From the NCBI GenBank assembly GCA_965217035.1, contig OZ244226.1, forward strand, positions 496,001 through 560,000: a stretch of 64,000 bases of DNA. The letters are read 5' to 3'. The notes beneath the pieces were generated by a model, which saw only the letters and a program-made list of their open reading frames with translations, ran no database searches and had not been told where the DNA came from. Positions within the stretch are counted from its first letter, which is position 1, and each line of letters opens with the position of its first letter. The stretch comes from Bacteriovoracaceae bacterium (GTDB lineage: Bacteria; Bdellovibrionota; Bacteriovoracia; Bacteriovoracales; Bacteriovoracaceae). This document shows, piece after piece, positions 39,450-48,536 of this stretch. Position numbers and translations under genes: made by a program.

Positions 39450-40049
39450 TTAAGAGTTAAGTGTTTGGTTTGCGTAGTCCCAATTAACCACATTCCAGAA
39501 AGCAGCAATATACTCTGGTCTTCTGTTCTGATACTTGAGATAATATGCATGCTCCCATACGTCTAAAGCAAGAAGCGGAGTCCCGCTCCCGTTAACAACA
39601 TCCATCCAAGGATTGTCTTGATTAGGAGTTGCGATAATTTCTAGTTTTCCACCATTATTAACAAGCCATGCCCAACCCGAGCCAAAAACAGTTGCAGCAG
39701 CGCTAGAGAACTCTTCTTTGAATTTATCGAAGCTTCCGAAATCTCTATCGATAGCTTCAGCGATAGCTCCTGTTGGGTTTCCCCCACCATTTGGATTCAT
39801 AGAATTCCAGAAAACAATATGGTTGTAATATCCACCACCAGTGTTTCTTACTCCACCAGCTTGAGAAGAAATTTTACCGAAAATTTCTTCAAGAGTCTGG
39901 TTTGCGAGATCAGTTCCTTCAATAGCGGCCATAAACTTGTTGAAGTATCCTTGATGGTGCTTTGAATAATGAAGCTCCATCGTTTGAGCATCAATATGTG
40001 GCTCAAGAGCATCATAGCTATAAGGTAATTCTGGAAATTTAAAACTCAT
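39450..40049 (-). CDS. sodA: Superoxide dismutase, Mn-type signatures
   Basis: [26 protein letters not shown]. Confidence 0.92.
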   Translation of the reverse strand: MSFKFPELPYSYDALEPHIDAQTMELHYSKHHQGYFNKFMAAIEGTDLANQTLEEIFGKISSQAGGVRNTGGGYYNHIVFWNSMNPNGGGNPTGAIAEAIDRDFGSFDKFKEEFSSAAATVFGSGWAWLVNNGGKLEIIATPNQDNPWMDVVNGSGTPLLALDVWEHAYYLKYQNRRPEYIAAFWNVVNWDYANQTLNS

Positions 40050-40063
40050 TTGTCTCTCCTTTG

Positions 40064-40732
40064 TTATTGAATAAATTCTCTACTTATAAAGTTAAAATTT
40101 TCATCTAATTTTAATGAAATAGGCTTACCTGTCGGAATTTCTAATTTCAAAATATCATCATCACTAATCCCTTCAAGATGCTTGATCAAAGCTCGAAGAC
40201 TGTTCCCGTGAGCAGCAATAATAATTTTCTCACCTGATTGAACACGAGCTTTAATTTCATTATCCCAATAGGGAATCACTCTCTTGCATGTTAATTCAAG
40301 ACTTTCCCCTCTTGGAACAACTTCAAGTCCTTTATATTCGGCAGGGACATCCTCGGGCTCAGATTCAGGTGGCGGAGTTGAAAAACTTCTACGCCAAATC
40401 TTGACTTGCTCTTCACCGAACTCATCGGCTGTTTCTTTTTTATTTTTTCCTTGAAGGCCACCATAATGGCGCTCATTCAACTGCCAGTTTTTGATAACCG
40501 GAATATTCATTTGATCTGATTCTTCGAGCGTAAGCCAAAGAGTTTTGATTGCCCGCTTTAATTGAGAAGTATAAGCGAATGTGAACTCGTAATTATTCTT
40601 TTTGAGGATTTCTCCTGCTTGTTTGGCCTCAGAAAGACCTTGCTCGGAAAGGGGAACATCTACCCACCCAGTAAAAAGATTTTGTTTATTCCATTCACTT
40701 TGCCCGTGTCTAATCAATACTAATTCATACAT
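40064..40732 (-). CDS. gpmA: 2,3-BPG-dependent phosphoglycerate mutase
   Basis: [25 protein letters not shown]. Confidence 0.96.
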   Translation of the reverse strand: MYELVLIRHGQSEWNKQNLFTGWVDVPLSEQGLSEAKQAGEILKKNNYEFTFAYTSQLKRAIKTLWLTLEESDQMNIPVIKNWQLNERHYGGLQGKNKKETADEFGEEQVKIWRRSFSTPPPESEPEDVPAEYKGLEVVPRGESLELTCKRVIPYWDNEIKARVQSGEKIIIAAHGNSLRALIKHLEGISDDDILKLEIPTGKPISLKLDENFNFISREFIQ

Positions 40733-40777
40733 AGGGCTATAAGGTAGCGTAAATTTCTCACCCCTGCCAATCAATAC

Positions 40778-40794
40778 AAACTATTGTCTGATAG
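40778..40794 (+). repeat. 17-bp direct repeat, left island boundary
   Basis: AAACTATTGTCTGATAG, identical to 59509-59525. Confidence 0.85.
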
Positions 40795-41048
40795 ATTTGG
40801 TCTTCTTTTGAGAGCAATACAGGAAAAGCTCAACCAACAAACTTGAAAAAGAAAGTCGAAAGCGATAAACCTCACATGCTTGTTTTCATTGAGCCTGATG
40901 GAGACTTAAAAATGTCTAGAGCTTAGACAAATTGACCTCAATAAATTCAAGCACTTGGGTTATTTTCATTTTTATCCTGTAAGTTTGCCAATCAAATTGA
41001 AGCAAATCTTATTCCTGGTCATAATAGTCAGATAAAAGAGGGATAAAT

Positions 41049-42350
41049 ATGTTGGGAACACACGAAGAAAACACTGAATTTGAAAAAATTGACATGAGCG
41101 ACAATGCTGAAAATTTCGACGCTGCAAGCTTTCTCGAAAGAAGAATCCCTGATCTTAGAACAAAAACAAAAGCCTTTAACACAGAAATTAAAAAATTAAT
41201 GAATAACGGATTCATCTTTAGAAGAATCCATGGGAAAACAAGTAAATACACTCCTGTTGAAGATGCGAGAACTGGAGTTGTTACGGATCTTATCATGCTC
41301 GGATCTAATAATTACCTCGATCTTGCCGTTGAGCATGATGTTCAAAAAAGAGTTGGAGACGCCGTTAATAAATACGGTGTTGGTTGCGGTGGTCCAGCAG
41401 TCCTTAACGGTTACACAAACCTTCACAGAGAATTAGAATTGAAACTTGCTGAATCTAAAGGTTGTGAAGATGCAATCATTTTTAGCTCTGGTTATAGCGC
41501 GAATGTTGGTTGGCCAGCAGCTCTTTTAGAAAAAGATGATTTTCTTGTTTATGATATGAAAAGTCATGGCAGCCTCTTTGATGGAATCGCGATGGGGAAC
41601 TTCAATAGCGTTCCTTTTCATTATAATGATCCTATTAGTCTTGAAGCGCGAGTAAAGAAAATCAGAGATAAAAATCCTTTAGCCAATATTATAGTGTGTG
41701 CAGAAGGTGTTTATTCAATGGATGGAGATGTTGCTCCACTTGATCAATATAAAGTCATTTGTGAAAAATATAATTGCTTTTTATCTATCGATGATGCCCA
41801 TGGTACAGGTGTTATGGGAGAAAAGGGACACGGGACTCAAGAACACTTTGGTCTTCAAGGTGAAGTTGATATCTGTATGGGAACTTTTTCAAAAGCACTT
41901 ACGTCAACAGGTGGCTATGTTGCTGCAAGTGAAGACTTTATAAACTACTTGAGAGTTAATGCTAATTCATATATTTACTCTGCAACAGTTTCTCCAATTG
42001 TTATAGCAACCGCTTTAGGATGCCTGGAGTTTATAGAAAGAAACCCTGAACGTGTTCAGCAACTTCATCACAATACTCAGTACTTTGTTAAAGGATTAAA
42101 TGGGCTTGGATTTGATGCAAAGTCTGATTCAGCGATCATTCCGATCTTTGTTAATAAAGATATAAAAATGAGAGAAATCATTTATCGTTTTCATCAAAGG
42201 GGTATTTTTATTAATGGGATTGAATACCCTTCAGTACCTCGTAATAAGCAAAGGCTTAGAATTAGTATGATGGCAACTTTCACAGAAAGAGAGCTTGATT
42301 ATGCTCTCAGTATCTTTGAAGAAGTTGGAAGAGAATTTAAGCTTATTTAA
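41049..42350 (+). CDS. Alpha-oxoamine synthase, serine palmitoyltransferase-like
   Basis: LGSNNYLDL, HGS, EGVYSMDGD, DDAHG, MGTFSKAL (GTFSK is SPT-type rather than BioF/KBL GTLGK). Confidence 0.8.
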   Translation: MLGTHEENTEFEKIDMSDNAENFDAASFLERRIPDLRTKTKAFNTEIKKLMNNGFIFRRIHGKTSKYTPVEDARTGVVTDLIMLGSNNYLDLAVEHDVQKRVGDAVNKYGVGCGGPAVLNGYTNLHRELELKLAESKGCEDAIIFSSGYSANVGWPAALLEKDDFLVYDMKSHGSLFDGIAMGNFNSVPFHYNDPISLEARVKKIRDKNPLANIIVCAEGVYSMDGDVAPLDQYKVICEKYNCFLSIDDAHGTGVMGEKGHGTQEHFGLQGEVDICMGTFSKALTSTGGYVAASEDFINYLRVNANSYIYSATVSPIVIATALGCLEFIERNPERVQQLHHNTQYFVKGLNGLGFDAKSDSAIIPIFVNKDIKMREIIYRFHQRGIFINGIEYPSVPRNKQRLRISMMATFTERELDYALSIFEEVGREFKLI

Positions 42351-43182
42351 CTTTTTTACCAAATTGTATTCTAGTCATTAAACCGATCAAATAGTCTTGT
42401 AGAAAGATAGGCAAAAATCCCATAAAAGCTACTGCGTAACCACCTTTTCCGATAATATATCTTCTTCTTGGTCTTTTGGATAAAAGAATTTTTTCAAAAA
42501 GCTTTGCAACTTTTTGTGGGTTTGTTGCTCGTTCATATTCCTTTTCAATCAATTCCAATCCGTTCTTTTGAGCAAGGTCAAAGAGAGGTCCTTTTTCAAA
42601 ACAAATTTCTTTAGCCTTCTCCCAAATTGGTGTCTTTATGCTTCCCGGTTCTACCAATGAAACCTTTAAATTTTCATATTCCTTTATGAGGCGTAACTCT
42701 CTTCTTAAAGTATCAGACAAACGTGAAACAGAGATTTTAGTCAGTGGGTAAGCTCCAAATAAAGGAAGACCAATCCTTCCTGAAGTCGATCCAATAAGAA
42801 TAATTTTGCCATCTTTCCTATTCATATAAGGAAGAAGATTTTTAATAATTTTGACCTGACCAATGACATTTATTTTAAATGTTTCTATCCAGTAATACTC
42901 TGGAATATCAAGGATAGGCCCCCATATTGAAACTCCCGCATTATTGACAAGCATATCGATTTCAATATTTTTTTTACTCAATGATTCAGTCAATGATTTT
43001 ATATCGTTATCATTTGTGATATCGACGACAAATGAAAGAACATTTTTTTCACTCCACTTTTTCTGACTCTCTTTTTTTAAAACGCAGGCAATGACATGAT
43101 AACCTTGAGAACGGAACCACTCAACACTTGCTTTCCCAATACCTGAATCACAACCTGTAATAAGAATCGTTTTTTTACTCAT
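42343..43182 (-). CDS. SDR oxidoreductase (RDH/17beta-HSD-like)
   Basis: TGCDSGIG, NNAG, YPLTK, LRREL, VEPG. Confidence 0.9.
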   Translation of the reverse strand: MSKKTILITGCDSGIGKASVEWFRSQGYHVIACVLKKESQKKWSEKNVLSFVVDITNDNDIKSLTESLSKKNIEIDMLVNNAGVSIWGPILDIPEYYWIETFKINVIGQVKIIKNLLPYMNRKDGKIILIGSTSGRIGLPLFGAYPLTKISVSRLSDTLRRELRLIKEYENLKVSLVEPGSIKTPIWEKAKEICFEKGPLFDLAQKNGLELIEKEYERATNPQKVAKLFEKILLSKRPRRRYIIGKGGYAVAFMGFLPIFLQDYLIGLMTRIQFGKKVK

Positions 43183-45526
43183 CGATAACCTTTATTGTTC
43201 CTGTATCTCCATTAAGTTCAATGATCTGTCCGGTTTTCAAACTATTTGTAATATTTGAAATATTCAGAACTGCTGGAATACCATATTCTCTACTAATAAC
43301 AGCAGCATGAGAAAGAACTCCTCCTACTTCCGTCACAACTCCCGAAACTTTTGACAGAATAGGAGTCCAACCGGGATCCGTAAACTTTGTGATCAAAATA
43401 TCACCTTGCTTCAATTGTTCAGTTTCTTTTAATTCTTTCGCAACAAAAACTCGAGCCTTTACTAGCCCCGTTGAACAAGGAACCCCTTTGAAAATTCCTT
43501 CAGCTTCGGAATAAGAACTCACCTGTTCGACACTACCTCCAAATTCATTTGGAGGAGAAAAATTTTTATAACCTTGGTACATAAGTTTTCGAATATGAAT
43601 AAGTTTATCTTGTTCTGAAATTTTTGCTTTTGAATGACAAATCTTTAAAATTTCTTCTGCTGTTAGAAAAAATATATCATTTTTCTCTTTCAACAAACTT
43701 CTTTTTTCAAATCGAGATGCAAGTTCTAATGTCATAAGTCTTACAATATAATAAGCACGAGTAGAGAATTCTCTCATTTTTTCTCTTTTTACAAGAAAAT
43801 TTCGAGATCGCTCTAATTTTTTGAAAAAAGACTTTTTATTAATTTTTCGCTGCAAACTTTTAAATTCCTGCTCGTAATCACTATGACTCTCACTTGAACC
43901 GACTTGGTTAGTCTCGGCCATCTTCCAGACTCTTTCGGGAACTTCTCCCCATCTAGGAACAGAGAGGTCTAGCTCTGAGTCACTATGGTGGTAGTGTTTG
44001 TTCATAAAATGCTCAAAAGCCTTTTGTGTATCAGCGTGGTCTCTTCCATTTTCTTTTAGCGAAGAACTTAAACGATTGAGGTCTTTTTGGATCTCCAAAT
44101 GACTGATCTCTGCCAGTCCTCCCATCAAAGCAAGCTCATTTATTTTTATCTTTTTCTTCTTAGAGAATTTTTCAAGAAACTCTTTAAACTCTGATTGATA
44201 GTTTGAGTTATTATAAATTGTTCGGAAATAATTCTTTTCCGTATTTAAGAAGAAATGGTGCATTTCAATATACTTCTCAAAAAATACATCATCTTCATCA
44301 TTCTTCATAACTTCTAAATACCGTTTCCACGATTCATCTTCTTTAGGAAAGTTTTCTTTAAAATGAACGACATTATCTTCTGAGCTCTTGAACTCTTTAT
44401 TAAGTTTCAAAAGAACAGGGATCGCACCGAGGATTATTCCTATTTTATTAGGAGTTTTATGAGGACCTGACTCTCCATAGTCTTTTTGTATCCCAAGGTC
44501 TAAATCGAACTTTTGTTCATCGAATCCAGGGATTTTGAAAAGAGATTCCTTCACTATTGAAGCATTCCAATAGGCAATACCATAAAACGTGAAAATCCAA
44601 TCTTTTTCAATGATTTGTTTTTTTAATCCAATATCATAGAAGTATTTTCCCATGCTTTCGTTAAAGGCTCTTTGGTATAGAGAGTACATAAAGGGTGTAC
44701 AAACTCTGGCAGAAATTCCACCATCTTTGAAATCGGCATTTGTCAGTTCGGCGACATCTTTACGCCAACTCACATGAGTGATTGGTCTTGATTGGATAAT
44801 CCAAAACTTTCCCTCTCTATCAATCGCCCACTCAATATCTTGAGGATGATTAAAGTGAGCTTGAATCTTTAAACAGCTCTCTGAAATATCTTGAACTTGA
44901 GTTTCAGAGAGTTCTAAATTATCACTCCCAATTTCTTCATCTATTATCTTTTTCTCTAAATATTCAAAAATATACCGACTAGGAGTCACTGTGCCGGAAA
45001 CTAATCTCTCTCCTTCTCTTTCGACAGACTCAATCAAACAGTTTTCTTCTTTCCCAGTTATCGGATTAATACTGAAAGCGACACCAGAACAAACAGGGAC
45101 AATCATCTTCTGCACAAGAACATTCATACCTTCTAATAAATCACTTTCTGTATACTTTATTTTCTTTTTCTCAAGGTAATTAATAACTCTTTGTCCTTTT
45201 GCCGAATCAAAACATTTCTTAATCGCTTCAAGGCAATCTTTGAAGTTATTGATGTTCAAATAGGTTTCGTAAAGACCTGCAAAGCTCGCATCCCCCATAT
45301 CTTCAAGTCCGCCGGAAGATCTCACTGCAACAGGAAAACCTCCAATTGTATCAATATGATTTTGAATTTCAGCTTCAATTCCTTCCCATTTATAATTGAG
45401 AACGAAACCATTAGGAATATTGACATCAAGGCCACGCATCAAGTTTAGATTTCGTGCTTTTCCACCAAATTTCTCTAAAACTTGATCATCAATTTCTTCG
45501 TTAAGAAAATTTACTTTTTTATTCAT
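43175..45526 (-). CDS. PEP-utilising dikinase, PigC/rifampin phosphotransferase architecture
   Basis: GGKA, VRSS..ED...SFAG, PQDIEW, QSRPIT; central helical domain; C-terminal GGVLSHAAVISREYGIPAV. Confidence 0.88.
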   Translation of the reverse strand: MNKKVNFLNEEIDDQVLEKFGGKARNLNLMRGLDVNIPNGFVLNYKWEGIEAEIQNHIDTIGGFPVAVRSSGGLEDMGDASFAGLYETYLNINNFKDCLEAIKKCFDSAKGQRVINYLEKKKIKYTESDLLEGMNVLVQKMIVPVCSGVAFSINPITGKEENCLIESVEREGERLVSGTVTPSRYIFEYLEKKIIDEEIGSDNLELSETQVQDISESCLKIQAHFNHPQDIEWAIDREGKFWIIQSRPITHVSWRKDVAELTNADFKDGGISARVCTPFMYSLYQRAFNESMGKYFYDIGLKKQIIEKDWIFTFYGIAYWNASIVKESLFKIPGFDEQKFDLDLGIQKDYGESGPHKTPNKIGIILGAIPVLLKLNKEFKSSEDNVVHFKENFPKEDESWKRYLEVMKNDEDDVFFEKYIEMHHFFLNTEKNYFRTIYNNSNYQSEFKEFLEKFSKKKKIKINELALMGGLAEISHLEIQKDLNRLSSSLKENGRDHADTQKAFEHFMNKHYHHSDSELDLSVPRWGEVPERVWKMAETNQVGSSESHSDYEQEFKSLQRKINKKSFFKKLERSRNFLVKREKMREFSTRAYYIVRLMTLELASRFEKRSLLKEKNDIFFLTAEEILKICHSKAKISEQDKLIHIRKLMYQGYKNFSPPNEFGGSVEQVSSYSEAEGIFKGVPCSTGLVKARVFVAKELKETEQLKQGDILITKFTDPGWTPILSKVSGVVTEVGGVLSHAAVISREYGIPAVLNISNITNSLKTGQIIELNGDTGTIKVIDE

Positions 45527-45528
45527 CT

Positions 45529-48444
45529 CTATAATGAGGATTCGCTCTTAAACTCTTCAAGATCAAAACCAACCTGTTCAGCGAGCTTATTGACTTCTTT
45601 GATCATTTTTTTGTTTAAAGAACCAGTGTTTCGAATATTTTCGACATCATTCATGGTCAAAATAATAGTTTCAGCGAGACAGGCATAACTTGTTCCTGGT
45701 CTTAGAGGAAAACCAGTAGCCTTGATGATTTGCTCTTTCCCGTCAACCTTAGGAAGTTTTGCAAGCCCTCCTTGGATATAAAGAACATCCGTCCTTTCTT
45801 TTAACTCTTTTTTAATGACATTAGGAGGAACACCAATATCAACGATAACTGCATTTGGGGTCATAATCTTAGGGGAAACAAAAGGTTGAGAAGAACTCGC
45901 TCCTGTTAAAATGATTTGAGAATCTTTAATATATTCAATTTCATTTCCAAGTTTCAATTTTTTATCATTCACAAGCTTATCAACGAGTTTAAAAAGAGTT
46001 TCAATCTCATTATCAAACCCAACTGATTGGGCAGCTTCTTTGACTGCGAGAGAAAAAGGACTTTGAGCATCATCCTCAACGACTGTTCTAAAGAAATCGA
46101 TTAAAACTTTTTGATATTTAGGGCTATCTTTTAAGTCAGTATGATAGATGAACGTCATACTTCCAGCATGATCGGCCATGAGACTTGCTGTCGTGGAAAC
46201 GATATTTCCTGCAATTCCAACACAGGCGATATCAGTTTTAGCAAGATCAATCCCCTTAGCTTCCGCAGCTTTGAGAGTCGCCTTTACTGTCATTGAGGTC
46301 GTATAGGCATTTCCTGTTGTTATATTCATCCCCATAGGATCAAGGGCCAATCCATTTAAGCTAACGATCGAAGTAAACTGTCCAAGTCCAATCGTTTTTG
46401 CACCAAGCTCTTCTTTTACGTACTCAACTCCCTTCTGGAGTTTTGAAATAATTTTATTGGCTTGATTTGTTTTAATCGCTTTGACAATACTTGCCGATGT
46501 TGTCGGATAGGCCATAAAAACAACATCGACGATTTTACCAGATGGAGTTTTCAACTCTCTTTTCACTAAAGGAGTAAAATCTGTGACATCAGTAATTTTA
46601 GCAATCTTTTTGCTAAAAATCTTAGAATCAATTTCAGCATGTGATGGAACGAGTTTTTTAGCATGGTCGTCAGTAATCATATGACAAAAGAAAACAGCTA
46701 AATCTCTATTCGTCTTTTCTTCAGGATCAAGTTCATGAGATTTAACAACTGTATCTTTAATCACTTCGCCCGGATAAAGGTGATGAAAGAAATAGCTCAT
46801 ATCCATTTTTTCAAGAGATTGAAAGAGTGAATCGAATCCATTAATAAGCAATTCAATTTCTTCTTTACCAAAATAAAGAGAAGGTTGAACTCTCAATGTT
46901 CTAGGAGCTGATAAAGACGGAGTTGTTCTAATATTCTCATTGTGAAGAAGAGCACTTGCTAAGAAATAACCTAGATAACCAGGAAAATCGAATATATGAA
47001 ATTCATGACAACTTTTTCCAATTTGATCAGTCATTTCAATCGAAGCCATAAATTTTCGGCCACGAACTTCCTTAATAAATCGGGGATATTTTTCTTTTAA
47101 TTTTGTCAGCTCTCCAATCAAATCGATCTTATAAAACTTTTCTTTATCTCTTTTTAAAAGTTCCATAACTTTCAAAGCGACACTACTCGAAATATCATCT
47201 TCAGCAAATGTCGAGGTATGAAGGTAGTCAAAACCGACAGGATATAACTTTGAGTGGCAGACTGTTGCAGCAATCTTACAAACTCCCCCTCCAAGTCCTT
47301 TAGAAAAAGTATAAATATCTGCAGCTATTTTATGATGGTGAAGGGCCGCAAAATGACCTGTTCGATAAAGTCCTGATTGAATTTCATCTGAAACGAGAAG
47401 AATCGAGTATTCATCACAGATTTTTCTCGCTGCTTGAAGGAAAGAATCATCAAGTGGCACAACTCCATTTTCTCCTTGAATTGGTTCTAAAAATAAGCCT
47501 GCGACTTTATTTAATTTTCTCTTTTTGAGCTTTACATTGATGTCTGAAATATTAATCCATAGAAATGTAAGATCTGAGTTCTTAATCTTTTCTTCAAACT
47601 CTTTAGGATCGTTTGAATCGAGATGAACAAAAAGATCTCTGAAATGACTTAATCCAAAAGCTTCTTTGAATAAAGGATTATGTGTCATAAGAAGACTTCC
47701 CATAGATTTTCCATGGAAGGCACCTTCTAAACCTATAAAGACAAAAGATTCTTCAAGAGCACTCATGTTTTGTTTGTAAGCATGTTCGTTAAGCTCAGCG
47801 AGGTTCTTAATATCTTTGAACTCACTACTGTCTTTTAGTTCATTTGAGAGATAATCAAAAACTCGAGAAATTTCTTTTTCAGTTCCTGTCTCAGTTAGCT
47901 TTTTTATATAATTATATTGAAACGTATTTTGAATCGCATACTCTTCTCTTACTTGAGTCCATCGTAGTAAACAAATTTTCAACGCTGCTTCGACAGCCTC
48001 AGTACCACTATTAGAAAAGGTGGTCACCCAAGGTCCTGAACCGATTTCTTCTTCAATTGTATTGCTAATCTCTTTTCCAAGAAGAGTTGAAACTCTCCGT
48101 AACGAAGCTTGAGTATTCGAAGGTGAAAGATTATTCACACTGTTCATTAATGTATTAATGATAGTTGGATTTTTATGCCCAAGAATATTTGCACCATACC
48201 CACCTGTAAGGTCCAAGACTTTTTTCATTTTCCCATCGGGAGCTTCGAAATTAAGATAATTCTGATAACCATCTCTATAATGAATATCAAGGTTAAGAAC
48301 TCTTAAGAGTTCTCCAGCTTTTGGCCTTAAGAAATTAGAATAAAGATCTTTTAATCGATCCGTTACTTTATTTTTCGTGTTAGTAACTAAGGCCCTGTCT
48401 TCCTGTTCAAGAAGATCAAGTATTAATCCATCTAGATTTTCCAT
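45529..48444 (-). CDS. Class III aminotransferase fused to an acyl-thioester reductase (TamH-like fatty-amine synthase)
   Basis: NSGTEAVE, AFHGK, EPIQGE, DEIQSG, SKGLGGG; C-terminal LGQFTSIV, TTGNAYT, YACLAET (acyl-ACP reductase-like). Confidence 0.82.
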   Translation of the reverse strand: MENLDGLILDLLEQEDRALVTNTKNKVTDRLKDLYSNFLRPKAGELLRVLNLDIHYRDGYQNYLNFEAPDGKMKKVLDLTGGYGANILGHKNPTIINTLMNSVNNLSPSNTQASLRRVSTLLGKEISNTIEEEIGSGPWVTTFSNSGTEAVEAALKICLLRWTQVREEYAIQNTFQYNYIKKLTETGTEKEISRVFDYLSNELKDSSEFKDIKNLAELNEHAYKQNMSALEESFVFIGLEGAFHGKSMGSLLMTHNPLFKEAFGLSHFRDLFVHLDSNDPKEFEEKIKNSDLTFLWINISDINVKLKKRKLNKVAGLFLEPIQGENGVVPLDDSFLQAARKICDEYSILLVSDEIQSGLYRTGHFAALHHHKIAADIYTFSKGLGGGVCKIAATVCHSKLYPVGFDYLHTSTFAEDDISSSVALKVMELLKRDKEKFYKIDLIGELTKLKEKYPRFIKEVRGRKFMASIEMTDQIGKSCHEFHIFDFPGYLGYFLASALLHNENIRTTPSLSAPRTLRVQPSLYFGKEEIELLINGFDSLFQSLEKMDMSYFFHHLYPGEVIKDTVVKSHELDPEEKTNRDLAVFFCHMITDDHAKKLVPSHAEIDSKIFSKKIAKITDVTDFTPLVKRELKTPSGKIVDVVFMAYPTTSASIVKAIKTNQANKIISKLQKGVEYVKEELGAKTIGLGQFTSIVSLNGLALDPMGMNITTGNAYTTSMTVKATLKAAEAKGIDLAKTDIACVGIAGNIVSTTASLMADHAGSMTFIYHTDLKDSPKYQKVLIDFFRTVVEDDAQSPFSLAVKEAAQSVGFDNEIETLFKLVDKLVNDKKLKLGNEIEYIKDSQIILTGASSSQPFVSPKIMTPNAVIVDIGVPPNVIKKELKERTDVLYIQGGLAKLPKVDGKEQIIKATGFPLRPGTSYACLAETIILTMNDVENIRNTGSLNKKMIKEVNKLAEQVGFDLEEFKSESSL

Positions 48445-48536
48445 TATATTTTAGTTGTACTATGCATTAGAATTCCGAGCAAGATAGAGACAGAGGATAC
48501 CTATTGGCGGTTTTTATTGTTACTATAATCTAGAAA

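Noticed and set aside
41049..42350. BioF or KBL annotation
   Set aside because: The GTFSK motif and lipid-gene context favour SPT-like; no bio or tdh genes nearby (not fully excluded)
43175..45526. ppsA/ppdK central-metabolism enzyme
   Set aside because: The His domain is C-terminal and there is no pyruvate-binding barrel
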